A stretch of DNA of 64,000 nucleotides. It comes from Octopus vulgaris. Taxonomy: Eukaryota. Both the position numbers and the translations under genes were made by a program. The stretch covers positions 133,052,001 to 133,116,000 of the forward strand of contig OX597818.1 of NCBI GenBank assembly GCA_951406725.2, given 5' to 3'. Position 1 is the first letter of the stretch. The number at the start of each line of letters is the position of its first letter. The notes under the pieces are model-generated. The model did no database searches, was not told the DNA's origin, and saw nothing but the letters and a program-made list of their open reading frames with translations. Below are positions 26,801 to 41,490 of this stretch, in pieces.

Positions 26801-27245
26801 ATAATTATCTTTAGAGACTGACGACTTCAAATATAGAAAGCAGAGCTGTTTAATATAAATGTAAATACAAACAACCATTCAGTGTAGAGATAAGAGAAAT
26901 ACACACACACATGCATACACACATAATGGATAATTTAAAATATCTAACTCCAAATACAACCTTAAATTATGTATGGTTAAATATTTAAATATGATTATTA
27001 CTGGAAATTATTACTGTTATTTCAAAAATACACAAAATTAAAATTGAGATAACCTCATTATTGATACTTATGTAAACATATCATTCTTTATAGCGTGTAT
27101 TAACAGCCACAATAATTTTGCATTTAAAAATTGCCCAGCATGAAGTATTAGAATGCATCTGTGTTTATAATTAAGGATATAACTGAAGAACAAAAGAAAT
27201 AAGTATTGAAAATATATTATTTGTGATGGTTGTATGATTAACTAT

Positions 27246-27660
27246 AGGTGCAGGAGTGGCTGTGTGGTAAGTAGCTGCTTACCAACCATATGGTCCTAGG
27301 TGCAGTCCTACTGCATGGCACCATGGGCAAGTGTCTTTTACTATAGCCTCGGGCCAACCAATGCCTTGTGAGTGGATTTGATGGACAGAAATTGGAAGTG
27401 GCCCGTCGTATATGTATATATATGTATATGTATGTGTGTGTATATGTTTGTGTGTCTGTGGTTGTCCCCCCAACATTGCTTGACAACCGATGCTGGTGTG
27501 TTTACGTCCGTGTAACTTAGCAGTTTGGCAAAACAGACTGATAGAATAAATGCTAGGCTTACAAAGAATAAGATCTGGGGTCGATTTGCTTGACTAAAGG
27601 AGTTGCTCCAGCATGGCCGCAGTCAAAATGACTGAAACAAGTAAAAGAGTAAAAGAGTAA
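27246..27660 (+). mobile_element. SINE family A
   Basis: Matches family A. Confidence 0.9.
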
Positions 27661-27814
27661 CAAAAAAGAAAAAAAATATTCTTAAATTTGAAAGCAGTTT
27701 AACAAGTGTTTCAAGTGGCATTGTTATAGCACTTAATCTATTTATAATAAATGAAATTGTATGTTATGTATAGCTAATTAGTATTAATTAAGATGTGTCA
27801 ATCTGCATAGCAGA

Positions 27815-28300
27815 GGTATGGAATGCACTGGACAAATTCAGCATAATTTGGAAGTCTAAATTGCTTGACCAAATGAAAAGGGAATTTTTCAGAGCCATAG
27901 TAGAACCATTTCTTTACATTTAATCAGCATGGACTCTGACAAAAAAGATAGAAAGCAATTTGATAGGACTTGTATGCTGCATGCTACTCTCACCAAAAGT
28001 TGGAAACAACATCCAAAACAAGAATATCTTTGCAGCAAGACCCCACTGTATCATCAATAATTTGAGAGTGGACAAGTTTTACTGGTTACTGCTACTGAAG
28101 CAAAGATGAATTAGTGAGTTAACCTCTTTTGTGGATCCAGAGTCATGGGAATTCTTATCAGAAAACCCCAGAAGGACGTACTTTGATCAGCTCTCTTGTT
28201 TTGTCAAATTACAAATAGAAGACTTAGAAAATGTCATGAAAGACAAGAATGTTTGGAAAGAAAGAATAGTTTTGGTCTGGGCAACCCCACCCAAAATCTT
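27815..28300 (+). mobile_element. Degenerate RTE/RTEX-like LINE 3' fragment
   Basis: Broken frames ALDKFSIIWKSKLLDQMKREFFRAIVEP...WTLTK and RRTYFDQL...EDLENVMKDKNVWKE, typical of RTE-clade ORF C-termini. Confidence 0.75.
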
Positions 28301-28982
28301 AGATAAGATTCATTTGAACAAACTGAAATAAATTATATGAATTATTTAATATTTGAAACTTATCAGGAAAACAACATGGTTTAATAGATAAAAATCAAGG
28401 AAAGTAAGTTTAAATCTATTTGAGAAAGCAAATAGTTTTTGAAGAATCCATAAAACACCTTCACACTTTTATTTAACATAAGATGGGAGAATAGCAAAAA
28501 TTGAAGAACTTTCAATTAAGTTCCTAATAGTATTAAATTTTGACTCTGTCCACACTGAGTTTAGATCAGTCTGAAGCCAACTTTGTCTCACGTCCTTATA
28601 GGGGTGAGAAAACAGGCATCATTCAAGTACTAGGGTTGACTTAATTCACAAACTATGTGTTAACAGATTATTCAAAATTTAACAAATGAACAACAAAAGA
28701 TAGGGTCCAAAGATAAATATAGTCCAGGAAATAATTAGTTATTGTTTAACCAACGTTATTAATATATTTCAATTTGTTTAATTCAATCTAAACTATTAAA
28801 TTTGTTGAATGTATTACTACACATTTGACAAAAATGACAACCATAGATTTTCATATTCCCTTGTTTGGGGGTTGGGGGTTGGTGTGGGGTGGGGGATAAG
28901 GGATAGCTAGAACTGCATTGTAATTTCAAAGAATTTGGCTACACTTTCTAGCAGGCTAAATGGCTTCATAAAAGTTTCATCA

Positions 28983-29398
28983 AGTAAGTAGCTTGCTAAC
29001 CAACCACATGGTTCCGGGTTCAGTCCCACTGCGTGGCATCTTGGGCAAACGTCTTCTGCTATAGCCCCAGGCCGACCAATGCCTTGTGAGTGGATTTGGT
29101 AGATGGAAACTGAAAGAAGCCTGTCGTCTATATGTATATATATATATGTGTGTGTGTGTTTGTCCCCCTAGCATTGCTTGACAACCGATGCTGGTGTGTT
29201 TACGTCACCGTCACTTAGCGGTTTAGCAAAAGAGATCGATAGAATAAGTACTGGGCTTACAAAGAATAAGTCCTGGGCTTACAAAGAATAAGTTCCGAAT
29301 AAGTTCCGGGGTCGATTTGCTCGACTAAAGGTGGTGCTCCAGCATGGTCGCAGTCAAATGACTGAAACAAGTAAAAGAGTAAAAGAGTAAAAGAGTAA
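28983..29398 (+). mobile_element. SINE family A
   Basis: 5'-clipped, with a local duplication of GGGCTTACAAAGAATAAGT. Confidence 0.9.
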
Positions 29399-30359
29399 GT
29401 GATTAGTGCAGGTTAACAGCAACTATGCAGATTATGTTCAGAGGGCGATCTTATTACTTTACTTGCAGCACAACAAATTATATGTTAATGGGGCTTGGAT
29501 AGCAGTGATGTAACAGTGTTAAAAGACTCAGATATTCACTAACAATAAATGACAAAATCTGAGGTAACTTTACCGATGTTGAAATCAATGAACTCAAGAG
29601 TAGCTTGGCATGAAGAGTTGAAAGAATGTTTGAGAAATCATTGATTTTGTTTCAAACAAAGGGGATTTCTCTCCCCAGGATCTGTTGTTGCAAGTGTGAA
29701 AGCGATATATCAGTGAATCTGAATACATTCAGCAGACACTTTTGTGAAATAAATTAAGCATGATCTTCAGGATATGTAATATAAATCTGAGAGTCCCACA
29801 GCTGACAAGTGTGATTATGGAAGCATCAGAATTGATGTACACATACAGTAGTGATGACATTTTGTCAGCTTCCAACAAGGGAAGTGACATCAAGGACAAG
29901 TGATGTTTAATAGCATCAAGAACATTACCATCTATAGAAAACATTGATCAAGAGAGTTGAAAAAATTTTTGAGTGATAATTTATTTTTTAGAGGAAAAAG
30001 GTTTATTAATGAGATAAAGACAGAGAAGTTTCTGAAAATCTAACTAACCTGAACTAAAGTATTAAACTACAATAGATAATGATAATATGGTATGATGTAT
30101 TCTCCCAAGACCATGGCAGACTCATAGGACTGTCATTGTAATATCTTTGAGTATTTTATCTAATCCTCAATGTTCCATATTCAGATCATACACCATTAAT
30201 TCAGCTTCCTTTCTTGATAAAGTTGATTAAATAAGTGCCAGTAACATATGTAGTTTAAATCAACTCCTCCATTACAAACATTCACCCTGTACATAAGGAA
30301 GAAACTGAGATGGTATATTATTCATGACAGAGTTTTTGAAATAGAATTACAGGTTTAAT

Positions 30360-30591
30360 GCTACTTTTATTCTTTTACTCTTTTACTTGTTTTAGTCATT
30401 TTGACTGCAGCCATACTGGAGCACCACCTTAAAGGGTTTTTTAGTCAAAGAAACTGACACCAGGACTTAATCTTTGTAAGCCTAGTACTTATTCTATCAG
30501 TCTCTCTTGCCAAACCCCCTAAGTTACAGGGATGTAAACACACCAACATTGGTGGTGGACAAACATAGACAAAGACACACATAAATACATA

Positions 30592-30645
<54 letters not shown>

Positions 30646-30935
30646 TATATACATATATACACACACACACACACAACAGGCTTGTTTCAGTTTCCATCTA
30701 CCAAATCCACTCACAAGACTTTGGTCAGCCAAAGGCTCGATTACATTGACCCCAGTGCATAACTGGTACTTAATTTATCGACCCCGAAAGGATGAAAGGC
30801 AAAGTCGACCTCGGTGGAATTTGAACTCAGAACGTAACGGCAGATGAAATACCACTAAGCACTTCGCCCAGCGTGCTAACGTTTCTGCCAGCTCGCCGCC
30901 TTAAGCAAGCTCCTCACCACACAGCCATGCCTGCT
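30360..30935 (-). mobile_element. SINE A with a SINE B segment (30738-30902) replacing part of the head
   Basis: A sequence stops at GCCAAAGGC, B sequence follows, and A resumes at AAGCAAGCTCCTCACCACACAGCC. Confidence 0.8.
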
Positions 30936-31119
30936 ACTGTTCATATCATATTTGCAATATAACTCATACAAGAATATCAACTCCATTATTTCAATGTTTG
31001 TCAAACTTCATTGCTTATCAAATTCTGTGACCTACTGAACCCACAAAGAAATGAGTACAGAAATCACAATCTTTTCGTTTGGCTAGTATTTTTTCATGCC
31101 TCCTTCCGATATTCTCTCT

Positions 31120-31525
31120 TTTCTCTTTTACTCTTTTACTTGTTTCAGTCATTTGACTGCGGCCATGCTGGAGCACCGCCTTTAGTCGAGCAAATCGACC
31201 CCGGGACTTATTCTTTGTAAGCCCAGTACTTATTCTATCGGATCTCTTTTGCCGAACCGCTAAGTGACGGGGACGTAAACACACCAGCATCGGTTGTCAA
31301 GCAATGCTAGGGGGACAAACACAGACACACAAACACACATATATATATATATACATATATACGACAGGCTTCTTTGAGTTTCCGTCTACCAAATCCACTC
31401 ACAAGGCATTGGTCGGCCCGGGGCTATAGCAGAAGACACTTGCCCGAGATGCCGCGCAGTGGGACTGAACCCGGAACCATGTGGTTGGTTAGCAAGCTAC
31501 TTACCACACAGCCACTCCTGCACCT
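31120..31525 (-). mobile_element. SINE family A, full length, little diverged
   Basis: Reverse complement of the family consensus with CpGs retained. Confidence 0.92.
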
Positions 31526-32164
31526 ATATGTAAATAATAATTTCGTTTTTACAAAACTATGAAATTTCAGAGTTGTGGTTGAGAAGTAGGCAGTTTTGAT
31601 GCTTGGGTCTATTTGACAGTCATTAGTAAAAAACAGAATGAGGCGTTTCCAACAGAGGTTGGAACCATGTCTTGATCTATTGGGCTGAAATCTCTCCACC
31701 TCCCTACTGCATTTGTATGATAAAAAGTGAAAGATAAAAATATTCTAATAATGATAAACTCTCTGTGTGTGCGTATGTGTGTATTTAACCATGTAAGAAT
31801 TTTGTGGTCGGTCTGCTTTATATGCAAGTAATTAAAACAATAAAATTAATAATAAAATGGTAAAAGAAAGAAGAAAAATAGGCCACACTTTTTACTCTGA
31901 TTGCAAGGGGATTAGTACCAAGTAATGCATAAATTAACTGGAGATGTGTTTTCAATCAATTTCTATTTGTCACTGAATAGAGCCAATATCATTTTGTTGT
32001 TAATATTTTTTTCTTTGTTTTCTACCAATGCTATGAAGACCAACAAAGAAACCACCATGTGGTTGTTTAACCAGCTAGAAATTGCAGCCAAATCTCCTTA
32101 AAACAGCACCCTGCTGTCTAAAACAGAAAGGACATATTGAATAATGTGGTCCTTGAAACACATA

Positions 32165-34204
<2,040 letters not shown>

Positions 34205-34205
<1 letters not shown>

Positions 34206-34418
34206 ATAGTAGTAAGTCACTAAAAAACAAAGAACAAAACAGAAAAAACGAACGTGAGGGGGTGGTACAATTAAAGTATTAGCAGACGCTCAGGGCAAGA
34301 AAGAAAGATCGTTTAACATTTCGAGCAAACCTCTTATTCAGAAACAGAGGAAAGTCCAATAGAAAAGGAAGATAGAGGGGAAAAAAATCTCCAACAATTC
34401 ACACATGGTTACATTTCA
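34205..34418 (-). mobile_element. Second copy of the 10842-11041 element, with a degenerate hammerhead at 34311-34345
   Basis: Minus strand GTTT-CTGAATA-A-GAG-GTTTG-CTC-GAAA-TG-TT-AAAC, flanked by (TA)n on both sides. Confidence 0.6.
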
Positions 34419-34437
34419 TATATATATGTCTTGGCTA

Positions 34438-34494
<57 letters not shown>

Positions 34495-34536
34495 GAAAGA
34501 ACGGAGTTGAATGACGATTTAACAAAATTCCTTTAT

Positions 34537-34617
34537 TCTCGACATATGTTTCGAAGGCTGCATATTCCTAATTTCGAAGGAATAAGGGGTGCATTATGCT
34601 GCCTTCTCATCAGGAGA
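34537..34617 (-). ncRNA. Type I hammerhead ribozyme with a canonical core
   Basis: UCUC-CUGAUGA-GAAGGC..GCCUUC-GAAA-CAUAUG-UC-GAGA: 4-bp stem I, extended stem II, palindromic helix III. Predicted cleavage between 34541 and 34540. AAUAAA lies immediately downstream. Confidence 0.85.
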
Positions 34618-34761
34618 GACAAGGAACTTATGCTAGCATCAAGATGAACAAAAACTCTTAGATGACTGCCCACTCGGAGTCCATAGTCTGACATGAATTT
34701 GCTACCCAGGTATCAGTTAACCAAATTATCCATACTAGGATAATTCATTCAACTACTTAAA

Positions 34762-34804
<43 letters not shown>

Positions 34805-34811
34805 TTATATT

Positions 34812-34883
<72 letters not shown>

Positions 34884-34955
34884 AATATATATATATATGA
34901 GAGGTATTGGTATCCAGAAGACCCAAGATAGCAGGTAAGACTATGTAAGTGCTGT

Positions 34956-35379
34956 GGAAAAGGATGGATATAGGAAGTGCAAAGGGAAATAAGAGAATGA
35001 AAATTAAAATAAAAATATATGTAGGATGTTGCAGTTCCATTAGCCAAGGAAAGTGCTGTGTAGATTGGGTAGAAATGCTTCATGCCCACGGTATGTAGAT
35101 TCCGATAAGAGTTCATATTTTGTTATTACGAATGGACAGTGTGGAGACATAAATTCCCTTTAAATAAACAGCACATAGAATTTATGTTTCCACACTATCC
35201 ATTTGTAATAACAAAATATGAACTCCTATCAGAATCTACATAACATGGACAAGAAGAATGTCTACCCATTCTACATAGCACTTTCTTTCTGAAACTGCAA
35301 TTGTAATATCTTACATATATTTTCATTTTAATTTTCATTTTCTTATTTTACTTCATACTTCCTATATCCATCCTTTTCC
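34956..35379. repeat. Diverged inverted repeat with arms of about 200 bp and a 21-bp spacer
   Basis: GGAAAAGGATGGATATAGGAAGT...CATAAATTC (34956-35156) versus GAATTTATG...ACTTCCTATATCCATCCTTTTCC (35178-35379). Confidence 0.9.
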
Positions 35380-35435
35380 TAAATAACTCTTTATATTGAA
35401 CCCTACTATTTCCCTCTAGTTAACTCTGTCATACC

Positions 35436-35483
35436 GTCTCTGATGAAAGGATATCCCTAATGTCCCAGAAACAGCTGTAAGAT
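35436..35483 (+). ncRNA. Type I hammerhead motif with a weakened stem II
   Basis: GUCU-CUGAUGA-AAGGAUAU..AUGUCCCA-GAAA-CAGCUG-UA-AGAU. Confidence 0.7.
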
Positions 35484-35705
35484 TACCTTTCTCTTTATAA
35501 ATGTCCTAAAATTCCACACAGCCTTGGCTTGTGGTCTCATTTTATTTAACATATATAGATATACATACATATATTGCCAGTGGCACATAAAATGCGCCAT
35601 CTGAACGTGATCGATGCCAGGTCCGCCTGCCTGGCTTCTGTGCTGGTGGCACGTAAAAAGTACCAACTGATTGTGACTGATGCCAATACCCCTTGACTGG
35701 CTCTT

Positions 35706-36105
35706 GTTAATGATTTTCCCTCACAGCTACATGCACATCTGCCATGTTTTTCTCAGTTCTGCTGGTTGCAGGTCTCCCAGAACGTTCATCGCTACTGACA
35801 TTTTTTGCTATCTTAGAAATATCTGAACCACTCATACACTGGCGTACAGCTCATACACTCCTCTCCATACACTTTCTGCAACTTTGTATAGGACTCTAAG
35901 CAGGTGTTGTCATGACATCTTTCTTTGTCATGGTCAATGCAACGATCACACGTTACACATGTTACTTCCAAGCACTGCTGTAAAGAGTAGAAGTGAGCTA
36001 TAATGTTGAAACTTAGTGCACCTGCACAGCAGAGTTTAAAGTCATTCTGCATGTTTTAGCTTCGTTACTATGGCAACAGTCCAGATGCTTATTGATCAGT
36101 CTTTG
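35706..36105 (-). mobile_element. mariner transposon 5' remnant
   Basis: TIR-like TA|CAAAGACTGATCAATAAGCATCTGGACTG at 36077-36107. Translation KLQKVYGEECMSCTPVYEWFRYF*...DERSGRP is a mariner N-terminal HTH region with a stop. Confidence 0.85.
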
Positions 36106-36120
36106 TATATATATATATAT

Positions 36121-36259
36121 TATATTAAATTAGAGATAAAACCCCTATTAGGCAAATCAAACAATGAAAAACATAAGCCAATACATAAAATTAATTAATT
36201 TATATTATTTTAAATATATCTCAAAAGTATTAAAAGTTTAATAAAAGATAAAGAGTAAA
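36121..36259 (-). repeat. Copy of the 141-bp arm found at 55081-55221
   Basis: TATATTAAATTAGAGATAAAACC...AATAAAAGATAA is nearly identical at both loci. Confidence 0.9.
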
Positions 36260-36311
36260 TAATTCCTTATATTGAACTCTACTATTTCCCTCTAGTTAAC
36301 TCTGTCATATC

Positions 36312-36359
36312 GCCTCTGATGACGGGATATCCCCAATATCCCCGAAACAGCTGTAAGAC
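36312..36359 (+). ncRNA. Type I hammerhead motif (paralogue of 35436-35483)
   Basis: GCCU-CUGAUGA-C-GGGAUAU-CCCCA-AUAUCCC-C-GAAA-CAGCUG-UA-AGAC. C/C mismatch at the base of stem II. Confidence 0.75.
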
Positions 36360-36494
36360 AAACTTTCTCTTTATAAATGTCCTAAAATTCCACACTGCCT
36401 TGGCTTGTTGTCTCATTTTATTTAACATATATAGATATACATACATATATTGCCAGTGGCACATAAAATACACCATCCGAAAGTGGTCAATGTC

Positions 36495-36533
<39 letters not shown>

Positions 36534-36563
36534 ATATATGTAAGCATATACATATATTTTTGC

Positions 36564-36595
<32 letters not shown>

Positions 36596-37382
36596 TTGTG
36601 GTGTGTATATAGAAACGTGCATACATACATATATGCATGCATGCATACACATACATACATACATACATACATACATACATACATACATACATACATACAT
36701 ACATACACACACACACTAGCATTATGATATTACTTTACTCTATCAAATGTGTATATTGTGAAACATGATATTGTTGCAGCACAAGGATATGCACATTTGA
36801 TGATTATTAAACATATAGAATTATTGGTGAGTTTAATGATAAGACGTGAAAGAAGTCAATTCCCTTTAAATATGTGAACAATGTCTATACACTAATTTAA
36901 CCTATTGATTATGTAACTTCTTTATTAATTTCATTTAGAAACTCTTATAATTTTAGCTGATATATACACAATGAAAACTAAGTGCTACTTCTAACACATC
37001 TATTTACTTTTAGCAATCTTGTGTGAAATTTTTAAGCACCACTAAAATCAAAAATTTCAAAGACGTGGTAACATTAAAAATAAAAGGCTGAGAAGATGAA
37101 TTTTAAAATCTTCAAAAGTGATTTTATATGTAATTAATTAGCACCGTTTAATAGGCAATTTATAAAACGACTCTGAACTTGAAACATTTACTTCATTAGC
37201 TTATGGTAGGAGTGTGATGGTTAAAGGTGAATTACATAGCCTATTAGATTTTTGGAAAACTACAGAAAATAATATTCACCTACAGTGCATATCAGAGTAA
37301 GTCAGCCAGAAAAGCCGAAAAAAAAAAAAAAGAAAAAAAAAGAAACCCCAGAAACTATATTAATGGTAAATTTTGAACATGG

Positions 37383-37940
37383 CATCATCATCATCATCAT
37401 CATCAGCGTTTAACGTCCGTTTTCCGTGCTAGCACGGGTTGGATGGTTCGACCGGGGTCAGGGGCTGCACCAGGCTCCAGTCTGATCTGGCAGAATTTCT
37501 ACAGCTGGATGCCCTTCCTAACGCCAACCACTCCGCAAGTGTAGTGGGTGCTTTTTACGTGCCACTTGCACAGGTGCCAGGGGGATCCGGCATCGGCCAC
37601 GATCGGTTGGAGCTTTTAATGTGCCACCAGCACGGAAGCCAGCCAAGGCGGCGCTGGCAACGGCCACGTTCAGACGGTGCTTTTTATGTGCCACCGGCAC
37701 AGAAGCCAGTCAAGGCGGCGCTGGCATCGGCCACATTCAGATGGTACTTTTTATGTGCCACCGGCACAGAAGCGAGTTGAGGTGGCGCTGGCAACGGCCA
37801 CGTACAGTCGGTGATTTTTATGTGCCACCGGCACAGGTATCATAACTACTATTTCCGTTGATATTCATTTCGATGTTCATGTTCATGTACTTGACTCAAC
37901 AGGTCTCCTCAAGCACAGCGAGACGTTCCGGGATCCAGGG
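37383..37940 (-). mobile_element. Family C element (probable RTE-type LINE 3' UTR) with a 67-bp tandem array
   Basis: GTGCCAC anchors at 37559, 37621, 37688, 37755 and 37822. The upstream minus strand reads RLAVLEETC*, like an ORF end. (GAT)n tail. Confidence 0.8.
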
Positions 37941-37959
37941 TACTTAGAAATTTATTCCT

Positions 37960-38271
37960 GTTCTTTAGATTGATGGAATCTCCCATCAAAGTTGATGTAT
38001 GGGTGTTCAGCTTTTGCCAAATGACCTGCACAAAATGATTTGTTTATAGTGATCAAATCTATATGCTGTACATTAGCTCACTCCCTCCATCAAATCAATG
38101 TCGCCAGAACAGGTGCTCAGTGTACCACACGTCTGATGCTGAAGTGATCACAGAGTAATGTGAGATGAAGTGTTATGCTCAAGAACATAATGCACTACTT
38201 GGTCTAAGAATTGAAACCATGACCTTGCAATCATGTGTGCAACACCCTAACCACTAGGTCATGCATCCTCA
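37960..38271 (-). mobile_element. Old tRNA-derived SINE (related to 55578-55894)
   Basis: Minus strand TGACCTAGTGGTTAGGG...GGTTTCAATTC...GTTCTTGAGCATAACACTT. Confidence 0.7.
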
Positions 38272-38308
38272 GACTAAACAGAATGAAAATAATAATGCAT
38301 GTTAACAT

Positions 38309-38474
38309 AGGCGCGGGAGTGGTTGTGTGGTAAGTAGCCTGCTTACCAACCACATGGTCCTGGGTTCAGTCCCACTGCATGGCACCTTGGGCAAGTGTCT
38401 TCTACTATAGCCTCGGGCCGACTAAAGCCTTGTGAGTGGATTTAGTAGACAGAAACTGAAAGAAGCCCGTCGTA

Positions 38475-38506
<32 letters not shown>

Positions 38507-38697
38507 AGTATGTGTGTGTGTTTGTGTGTCTGTGTTTGCCCCCCTCCCCCCAACATCGCTTGACAACTGATGCTGGTGTGTTTACGTCCCCGTAACTTAG
38601 CGGTTCGGCAAAAGAGATCAATAGAATAAGTACTAAAGGCAGTGCTCCAGCATGGCCGCAGTCAAATGACTGAAACAAGTAAAAGAGTAAAAGAGTA
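38309..38697 (+). mobile_element. SINE family A
   Basis: Full head, with an internal deletion at AAGTACTAAAGGC. Confidence 0.9.
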
Positions 38698-40138
38698 TGC
38701 CTATGTTATACACTGCATTTTACATTTATATCTTTGAACTGGATATAATTCTTGGTACTAGCTCACAATTTAGTCACAGGCATAGTAGCACAGCTCCATT
38801 GGCTGACTACAAACTACCAGTTCTTTTTTTCTTTCTGAAGGGCTATCTTAGCTTAGTTCAGTTGACAGTTCATTAAGAAAAATAGGGAGCCTATTTGTAA
38901 GGGAAATATTGGAAGAAAGACCAAAATATTACACCAATACAAGTGAAAATTCCTTACATTATCATTAATATGAAAGTACCAAGAAACAGTCCCTATTTAT
39001 CATAGTGAGGGTTATTTTGAGATTGTATATTTATTATTGAAATATTTTTGCCTGATTCATGATCATTAATTATAAAGCATATTACTAATTTATCTTTCAG
39101 CTAAATTGGCAGCAAATAATTTTAACTGAAATTGCTTATTTTGTTGATTTATATTTATTAGACAAAAATACACACAAAATGTTCTGCTTTTATTTTCTTA
39201 TGCATGTGTTTTTTATTGGGTTTATTTTTCAATAACTGTAAAAACAGATAGTTTATGTTACTGCTGTCAAAATTTGGCACCACTTCATCACTCAGTTTTT
39301 GTATGTTAATAATGTTTAATATAATATAACAACAGTTGATGAAGATGTTGACTAACTATAATAGCATTTCATATCTTACACATAGTGGTTCATGGAATGT
39401 AAACATTTTGTTGTAAAGACCAAACAATTTAATCATCATTATATATTCTGTCTAAAAGAATGAAATCCCTAAACATATTAAGAGGTCTATAAACCAAATA
39501 AATGGATTTAATCATAATAATATTCCTCAGAAAATTTAATGCAGTATATTAATTTTATGATTTTACTAAATCATTATAATGAGATCATAGTTATATTAAT
39601 TTGCTATTTTAAGGTTATAGTATTACCAATTCAGTGTGTAGTAAGATGATGGTTTTAATAATTCATTATAGTAAGATGATTGTTAATTTTCCTATAATGA
39701 GTTGGCTCATGGAGTCACAATTTTAAAGTTTCATCTTCGTGAATTAATTAAAAAAAAATTTAGACTTGCAAAGCTAATCACATTTTACACTGAATACTCA
39801 ATATTTCAATGAAATACTGTGTTTGACAATGATACAGTGTGGTCCTGCTTTTGACTTTAGTTAGCTGTTACAATGCATGATATGTATTTATTGCTAAGGG
39901 GACTGAACTAGATAGAGAAGTTTTCTTGACTATGAACACAATACATTACTGGTTACTGGACAGAAACCATCAATCTTTTAACCACTTGGTCCTTATCATA
40001 TTGATACAGACAATCATTTTACTTTTATTTAATAAGATCCTCACTCAAACTATTCATCACAGCTTTACAAGAATTATACTTCCTCTTTTGGTAATGCTCC
40101 CCCCAAAAGTAAACTTTGTATATTTAGATGTACAAAGG

Positions 40139-40311
40139 TTACATCTTCACTTGATCGTTTTCTTTGTGAGTTGCTGATAAATCCTTCCAGTGGGCACTTT
40201 TTTGAGAGATAACAAATAAGAAATTAATTGCAAGCCAAGCAGTATTATAAATGAAGTAACCAATGAATATAACAGCTAAAATAGAAAGGAATTTTATCTT
40301 GCTCATATTAT
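40139..40311 (-). CDS. Candidate terminal exon or small hydrophobic protein (NMSKIKFLSILAVIFIGYFIYNTAWLAINFLFVISQKSAHWKDLSATHKENDQVKM*)
   Basis: CTAAC..TTTTACAG acceptor, open to TAA, long hydrophobic segment then a charged tail, AATAAA about 110 nt downstream, unique sequence. Confidence 0.45.
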
Positions 40312-40439
40312 CTGTAAAACTGTTAGAATAAATCACTACCCAAAGAAAAAAAAAATGTAATTATTTAAATAAATGCATACTTAATTCAAAAGAACAAATT
40401 AACAAGATTTGTCACTTTCAAAATCACTCTATTTTCTAT

Positions 40440-40474
<35 letters not shown>

Positions 40475-41490
40475 GGTTGACAGTATTCTTTTGCTCTACT
40501 AAAAGATCACAAAATAACAGCCAACCACAATATGCCATTAATAAAACTATTCTTCATTTCCACTACCAACCGCACACATATACGCATACAAATGTAAACA
40601 CACATTCATACATGTGGCCACACACATACATATAGTATTTCTTGCATCATAACACCGTTCACTTTTCTGATGGCAAGAAATCACTTTGCATCTAATCACT
40701 GGGAAATCAAATGTGCTTGTCACTATATTTAGTTCATTTGTTTTGCTTATTTTCAATTTGTATCTTTCTAGAAAGGAGTAAAGCACTCTTCAGCAGCAGT
40801 CGCCTAACCACAGCAACAACACTTGGAACATAATCTTTGCACATGTATAGAAATTCTTAAAAGAAGTTGTTAACTGACAGCTGAATAAATGCAAATTACA
40901 ATGCCAGATAAATATAGAGAATGGACTGGCTTCTGTAGTCCTCATCTTTTGTTGAATCTTCTCTACTACTCTAAAGTCTAATTGAACTATCTCACAAAGA
41001 AATACTTATGGTTTTTGTTCATCAAACCCTTTCACTCACTTATTATTCTGCCTTGTGTCATGTCAATGCCACTTGAATTTTTTCCTCAAGAAATAATACT
41101 TAACACCTGATTACCGATTTCTCCCTCATTTCAAATTCTCAGTTTCACACTTAACACATCCATTTTATTCATAATTTCTTTTATGTATCATGATCAATGT
41201 TTCTCTCTTTTTCCTTAATATTTCATTTGGTTTACAGAACTGAATCAGAACATTCTACAATACATTAACTCTATTAACTCTATCATTACTTGATCAATTC
41301 CAGCTTATTTTATGGCAAACTTTTTTTCAGTTATCTTTATTGTTATCTATTTACAATAAATTTTTACCCCAAGTCACCTGTGCTGACACACACTCATATA
41401 AGTTTTATAAATCAAAGTAAAACCTCTGCCTAGCTACATCTTTTTCAATAAGCTTAAGCTTTAAGCTACTCTTCAAATTTAAATACATAA

